Of a stretch of 32,000 bases of DNA, positions 27,130 through 32,000 are shown in pieces (position 1 is the first letter of the stretch; each line of letters begins with the position of its first letter). Under the pieces are notes generated by a model. That model searched no databases and was not told the DNA's origin. It saw only the letters and a list, made by a program, of their open reading frames with translations. Source of the stretch: an uncultured archaeon (lineage in GTDB: Archaea; Asgardarchaeota; Thorarchaeia; Thorarchaeales; CAZPUN01); the NCBI GenBank assembly GCA_964589775.1, contig CAZPUN010000021.1, positions 90,001 to 122,000 of the forward strand, read 5' to 3'. The translations under genes and the position numbers were made by a program.

Positions 27130-27957
27130 TTAGAAGATTTTCTTTAATAAAGTAATCTCTTGGGTTTCTTCATTATACGATACCAGTCCTGCATTTACAA
27201 GATCGTGTATTGCATGTAAAATTACTGCAGGTTGAATTCCTGTTGCGTTTGTTAAGGCTCTTCTATCGATTGTTTCTGCTGATGTTTGTAATGTATACAA
27301 TATTCTAGCATGTGGTTTCCCGGCAAATACGTTTTCAAGCAGTACTACATATATTGACAATAGATCTGAAAGGTCTAGCTTTTCATCTTCTTTACTTTTT
27401 TCAGCGGATAATTCCTTGTATAGGGAACTAATTCTATCTAATTGTTTTTGAATTTCGTTTAATTCTTGTTCTAATTCTTGTTTCTCACGTATTATTTGTG
27501 CCATCTTTTCATCTTTTGCAGATAGGTCCTCGATCATTTTATTTAATTCTTGTTCTCGGCTTTCTGCGTTTTTCTTAATTTGTTCTATTTGAAGTTCTTT
27601 TTCATCGATTTCTTTCTGTAATGTTTCGACTTTTTCTTTAAGCTGAGCAATTTCTGTATCATATTTCTCTTTATCGTTTTTGAGTTCGTCACGTTCTTTT
27701 GTTAATTCATCGATTTTTGTGTTTAGTTCATTAATTTGATTTTCAAGGTTATTTATCTTTTCTTTATATTCATTAAGTTCGTTATTTTTTGAGTCAATTT
27801 CGCTTTTTAATTCTATATTATCTTTCTCGAGCTTGGATACTTCTTCTTTTAGCTTTGAATTTTGTTCGCTCAAATCATTTGTCTTCGCTTCTAAGGATAT
27901 TACATATTCCTGTATACTGTGAAAAATTTCTCCTAAATTGTCTCCTTTGATTTCCAA
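27130..27957 (-). CDS. Coiled-coil protein with C-terminal winged helix
   Basis: About 170 aa of continuous heptads, then KPHARILYTL...RRALTNATGIQPAVILHAIHDLVNAGLVSY; GGAGG before TTG 27957. Confidence 0.8.
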   Translation of the reverse strand: MEIKGDNLGEIFHSIQEYVISLEAKTNDLSEQNSKLKEEVSKLEKDNIELKSEIDSKNNELNEYKEKINNLENQINELNTKIDELTKERDELKNDKEKYDTEIAQLKEKVETLQKEIDEKELQIEQIKKNAESREQELNKMIEDLSAKDEKMAQIIREKQELEQELNEIQKQLDRISSLYKELSAEKSKEDEKLDLSDLLSIYVVLLENVFAGKPHARILYTLQTSAETIDRRALTNATGIQPAVILHAIHDLVNAGLVSYNEETQEITLLKKIF

Positions 27958-28098
27958 AATTAACAATCCTCCACGCTTTAACACATTCTTAACTTTCTCT
28001 TGTTATTTAAAACTTTTCTAAAAATTAATTCACATAACTGCATTACTTGCTTCTAAATGTTTCGCTAATATAAAAGAAAAAGGAGATGCAATTGAATA

Positions 28099-29184
28099 TT
28101 AAATGAAATCAATATACGGATATGCTTTTACAAGAATCTTGTCAATCTGTGCAACTGTCTCATCATCGATACCTGTTACTGATTTTTCTAGTTTTTCAAT
28201 AATATCATTTGGCATAAACTTTAGAAAGTGATCCAGTGACTTTTTGATGAAATATGTAGGGCGTTCACAAAGGATCATAGCAGTAATATCGCCCCTATCT
28301 GAGAACAGTAACGTATGATTTGTTGCTTCCACTCTCAATAATCTTGTATTTTCACTAATTCCTTCTTTCATGATTGCAGAAACTGCTGTTATTATTGCTG
28401 AAATAACTTGTGTTGGAATTTTTTCAATATCGATTCCTTTAGATTTAACCGCTTTGGAATAAATTGTTAATCCTGTTGTATTGAATAATGCTACTTGATA
28501 CAATGGCTTGGGAATACGATAAAGATAATCCGGATTAATTATATAATTTGAAGTTAGTAGTACTATACCTATGAAGCTCAAAATGTCTCCTATCATAAAT
28601 AATTCTCCGCTGATTCCGATACCCTTGAAGTAATTTCCAATGATTGCGGGAATTACTGTGATTAAGAAAATTATTAAAGATAGCAATTCAATCAAGCCAT
28701 TTCTTTCCTCGGTGACCTTCCATGTTTTCCAAACTACAATTGTTGCATATAGAAATGACAAAAATTTCAAGGAATCATGTGAGAAATCATTAATCATTAT
28801 TAATTGACTTGGATGCTCTGCAAGGGAGAGTAACGTAATACTTGTACCGATACCCAATCCAAGAAGTCCAGCCAAAACTACCGTTAGAGGAATGCTAGGT
28901 GCAGCGCGATCTGCAAGTGAAAAATGAATATATATGAAAAAGTACATTAGTAAGTAAAAGATTCCATTCGAAATAATCCAGTAATTTGAATAGACAAACG
29001 ATTCTTTGGGGAAGAATGGTCTATATGCTGCAAATGATATTCCAATCGTTCCAAAAATAACACCAAGTGATAATATATTTGCCTCTCTATTTTTTGTAGT
29101 TGTTCTGTAAATAAATAATACCGCCAAAATTATGAAGATAGCCCAAATTCCTAGTAATATTATGTCTCCAAGATCTAATGCCAT
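28099..29184 (-). CDS. 7TM membrane protein fused to a C-terminal longin-like domain
   Basis: Seven hydrophobic segments ending at NPDYLYRIP, then LFNTTGLTIYS...VISAIITAVSAIMKE...LLF...AMILCERPT longin pattern. Confidence 0.72.
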   Translation of the reverse strand: MALDLGDIILLGIWAIFIILAVLFIYRTTTKNREANILSLGVIFGTIGISFAAYRPFFPKESFVYSNYWIISNGIFYLLMYFFIYIHFSLADRAAPSIPLTVVLAGLLGLGIGTSITLLSLAEHPSQLIMINDFSHDSLKFLSFLYATIVVWKTWKVTEERNGLIELLSLIIFLITVIPAIIGNYFKGIGISGELFMIGDILSFIGIVLLTSNYIINPDYLYRIPKPLYQVALFNTTGLTIYSKAVKSKGIDIEKIPTQVISAIITAVSAIMKEGISENTRLLRVEATNHTLLFSDRGDITAMILCERPTYFIKKSLDHFLKFMPNDIIEKLEKSVTGIDDETVAQIDKILVKAYPYIDFI

Positions 29185-29389
29185 AATTTTGAACTCCTAC
29201 TATTCTAATTTTTTATATTTCAAAATAAAATATATTATATCTTTCTTATTAGCATTTCTCATATTTTTCGTTTTTTATTTTATTTTTTGAAAAAAATATA
29301 ATGGTTAATATTGCATTATCTTTCAATCATGTTCTGTATGATAAGAAAGGTTTTTGAATGAATATTACAAAGCAAAACTTGTGGTAATC

Positions 29390-30922
29390 ATGAGAAAAAA
29401 TTCGCAGGATTTGTCAGATACTGTAATGTCATTATTAAAGAAACGTGGATTTATCTGGGGCCCCTCTCCAGAATTATATGGCGGACTTTCTGGATTTTAT
29501 GACTTTGGTCCACTTGGTAAGCTAGTAAAGAACAAGATTGAATCTATAGTTCGTAAAGTCTTTGTTCGCGCAGGTTATTGGGAAGTGGAGTGCCCTACGG
29601 TTTCACCACGAGTTGTATGGGAAGCCTCCGGTCATGTTGAAGGATTTATAGACCCTGTAACGAAATGTAAATCTTGTGGAAGTATTTATCGTGCTGATAA
29701 TTTAATTGAGGAATTTCAGCCTGATCTTGATATTAAAGGCAAATCCTTTGATGAATTGACTAGTATAATTAAAGAGCATGGGATAAAATGTCCCTCATGT
29801 GGTGGGGAACTTGGAGAAGTTATGGAATTTCATCTTATGATGCGGACTACTATTGGTTTAGATAAAGAGGCATTTTTGAGACCTGAAACTGCAACAACTA
29901 CTTATTTGTTGTTCAAGCGACTGAAGAACTTCTTTAGAGATAAGTTGCCTTTCAAAGTATTTCAAATTGGTAAAGCATATCGGAATGAAATATCTCCACG
30001 TCAGGGAGTTCTAAGACTTCGTGAATTCACTCAAGTTGAAGGTCAAATGGTTATTTTGGAAGAGCAAGAGGATCCCTTTGAAGAGTTTGAAAAAATTAAA
30101 GATGAGATTCTTCCTATGCTTCCGTATCAACTACAACTGGAAGGCAAATTTGAGCCCATTAATATTTCATTAGGTGAAGCTTTGGAAAAAGGCTATCTTC
30201 AGAAAGAGGCATACGCATGGTCTATTTATGTTGCGTATTCTGCGTTTAAAGAAATGGGATTCAAGGAAGGCAATATTAGATTACGTCAGCATCTTCCAAC
30301 TGAGCGTGCTCATTATGCAAAAGATGCATGGGATATCGAAATTATTAGTAATAGATATGGTTGGATTGAATGCTGTGGGATTCATGATCGTGGAAATTAT
30401 GATCTATCACGTCATCAGAAGTATTCAAAAGAATCTCTAAGTGTAAAAGTTAATAAGAAACCAGTTGTTCCTAATATACTTGAAATTGCATTTGGTGTTG
30501 AGCGTCCACTATATTGCGCCTTAGAGCAATCATATCGTGAGGATATAATTAAACAAGAAAATAAAGAAGAAAAGCGAGTTTGGCTTGATCTTCCTGTTTC
30601 AATAGCGCCAATTGAAGTCGGTGTCTTTCCGCTTATGAATAAACCACCACTTACTGAGCTAGCATCTAAGGTGTACAATATTCTCATTGAAGAAGGTATA
30701 TACGCTTATTTTGACGTGTCTGGAAGTATTGGTAAACGTTATCGACGAATGGATGAGATTGGGACTCCGTTCTCGATCACAATAGATTATGATTCCTTGG
30801 AGGATAATACGGTTACAATACGCGATCGAAATACCATGGAACAAAAACGCGTCAAAATATCAGATTTATCAGAAATCATGAAAAATTTGATAAAAGGTAA
30901 AAAATCATTTTCTAATTTGTAA
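29390..30922 (+). CDS. glyS: Glycine--tRNA ligase, archaeal/eukaryotic alpha2 type
   Basis: YGGLSGFYDFGPLG, LRPETA, YRNEISPRQGVLRLREFTQ, AHYA and GSIGKRYRRMDEIGTPF motifs. Confidence 0.97.
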   Translation: MRKNSQDLSDTVMSLLKKRGFIWGPSPELYGGLSGFYDFGPLGKLVKNKIESIVRKVFVRAGYWEVECPTVSPRVVWEASGHVEGFIDPVTKCKSCGSIYRADNLIEEFQPDLDIKGKSFDELTSIIKEHGIKCPSCGGELGEVMEFHLMMRTTIGLDKEAFLRPETATTTYLLFKRLKNFFRDKLPFKVFQIGKAYRNEISPRQGVLRLREFTQVEGQMVILEEQEDPFEEFEKIKDEILPMLPYQLQLEGKFEPINISLGEALEKGYLQKEAYAWSIYVAYSAFKEMGFKEGNIRLRQHLPTERAHYAKDAWDIEIISNRYGWIECCGIHDRGNYDLSRHQKYSKESLSVKVNKKPVVPNILEIAFGVERPLYCALEQSYREDIIKQENKEEKRVWLDLPVSIAPIEVGVFPLMNKPPLTELASKVYNILIEEGIYAYFDVSGSIGKRYRRMDEIGTPFSITIDYDSLEDNTVTIRDRNTMEQKRVKISDLSEIMKNLIKGKKSFSNL

Positions 30923-30924
30923 AT

Positions 30925-30972
30925 CTCTTCTCTTTTTCATTTTTATTATGAAAAATGGCTTTTATTTTTTAA
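30925..30972 (+). terminator. Probable T-rich terminator after glyS
   Basis: Successive T tracts right after the stop codon. Confidence 0.4.
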
Positions 30973-31070
30973 TTTTATCGAATTTTGTGGCACATGAAGT
31001 TAAATTTAAAAGTGCGATAAAGAATCTACTACGAAGAGTTAAAAAAAATATTATTGTGGTGATTCAAAAA

Positions 31071-32000
31071 ATGTTCATAGATCCACAGCACTTGATGCCT
31101 GTCTATGGAGTCCTAGCCACAGCAATAGCAGGCCTTCTCTATGCATTATATTTAGTTGTAACAATTGGAAAAGAGGAAGAAGGCTCTGAAAAAATGCTTG
31201 AGGTGGCTAACTCAATCAAAGAGGGCGCAAACGCATACCTCAAGCGACAGCTCAAGTCTATCGCGTTCTTCATTGTATTATTGGCAATCTTTCTATATTT
31301 CACATGGATTCAACCGACTCCCGCAGGCTATCCTGATATTGGAATTGGTAGATCTATTGCATTCTTGATGGGTTCTACCTTCTCAGCCACTGTTGGATAT
31401 GTCGGTATGAATATGGGAGTTCGTGGCAATCTAAAGGTTGCTGCTAAAGCCGAAAAACATGACTTTATTGGTGCTCTTCGTGTCGCTTATCGTTCAGGTA
31501 CCATTACTGGTATGTTAACTGATGGTCTTGGTTTATTAGGTGGTACCCTATTATTCTTAATCTGGCAGGAATATGCCTATGATGTACTTCTTGGATTTGG
31601 TTTTGGTGGCACCTTAATTGCATTATTCATGCGAGTTGGTGGTGGTATTTATACAAAGGCTGCCGATGTTGGTGCAGACCTTGTAGGTAAAGTTGAGAAA
31701 GGTATACCTGAAGATGACCCCCGAAATGCTGCTGTTATTGCTGACCAAGTTGGAGACCAAGTTGGAGACAATGCAGGTATGGCTGCTGACATTTTCGAAT
31801 CTTATGAGGTTACGATTGTCAGCGCTATGATTCTCGGTTGGTCTGCACTAGGCGCAGCAGGTGTTGTATTTCCACTCCTAGTTCGTGCAATAGGTGTCAT
31901 TTCATCAATTATTGGAACTTATGCCGTTAAAGCGAAAGGCAGACTTGAAAATGCAATGCGTGCAATTGAGCGAGGATTCTTACTATCAGCTGCAATATCC
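31071..32000 (+). CDS. hppA: Membrane-bound H+/Na+-translocating pyrophosphatase; 3' end outside the window (absent from the ORF track)
   Basis: Hand translation MFIDPQHLMPVYGVL...IKEGANAYLKRQ...RVGGGIYTKAADVGADLVGKVEKGIPEDDPRN...GMAADIFESY; GGTGA before ATG 31071. Confidence 0.96.
   Translation, partial: MFIDPQHLMPVYGVLATAIAGLLYALYLVVTIGKEEEGSEKMLEVANSIKEGANAYLKRQLKSIAFFIVLLAIFLYFTWIQPTPAGYPDIGIGRSIAFLMGSTFSATVGYVGMNMGVRGNLKVAAKAEKHDFIGALRVAYRSGTITGMLTDGLGLLGGTLLFLIWQEYAYDVLLGFGFGGTLIALFMRVGGGIYTKAADVGADLVGKVEKGIPEDDPRNAAVIADQVGDQVGDNAGMAADIFESYEVTIVSAMILGWSALGAAGVVFPLLVRAIGVISSIIGTYAVKAKGRLENAMRAIERGFLLSAAIS

Noticed and set aside
21165-27957. SMC/Rad50 or Wadjet-type system for the two coiled-coil proteins plus nuclease
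   Set aside because: No Walker A/B, ABC signature, hinge or zinc hook in either coiled-coil protein.
28099-29184. Microbial rhodopsin
   Set aside because: No DxxxK or SxxxK retinal-binding lysine in the seventh helix.
31165-31368. 67-aa ORF from the track
   Set aside because: Alternative frame inside hppA.

Overview
AT-rich archaeal genomic window, very likely from an Asgard archaeon. This is inferred from an archaeal/eukaryotic-type GlyRS, a DGGGPL reductase, TrmB regulators, and eukaryotic-signature proteins (roadblock, two longin-domain proteins, Rab-like GTPase folds). About 30 genes are supported, including two the ORF track missed: a 59-aa 2[4Fe-4S] ferredoxin (6782-6961) and the 5' part of hppA (31071 to the window end). 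No rRNA, tRNA, CRISPR array or transposase was recognised. The most interesting signals are: (1) two apparent paralogues about 14 kb apart (667-1347 and 14881-16578) sharing an unnamed ~65-aa N-terminal domain, an acidic linker (short in one, expanded by a 27-bp tandem repeat in the other) and a catalytically degenerate Rab-like domain; (2) a 24.6-29.2 kb cluster with an NPRL2/GATOR1-like longin-wH-wH protein, a roadblock protein, an orphan PD-(D/E)xK protein, a coiled-coil-wH protein and a 7TM-longin receptor-like protein; (3) a TrmB-like regulator with 2 wHTH and 3 effector domains; (4) three genes that seem to need non-canonical ATT/ATA/CTG starts; (5) a possible structured RNA in a ~600-bp intergenic region. 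All family calls come from motif recognition by eye, without database searches.
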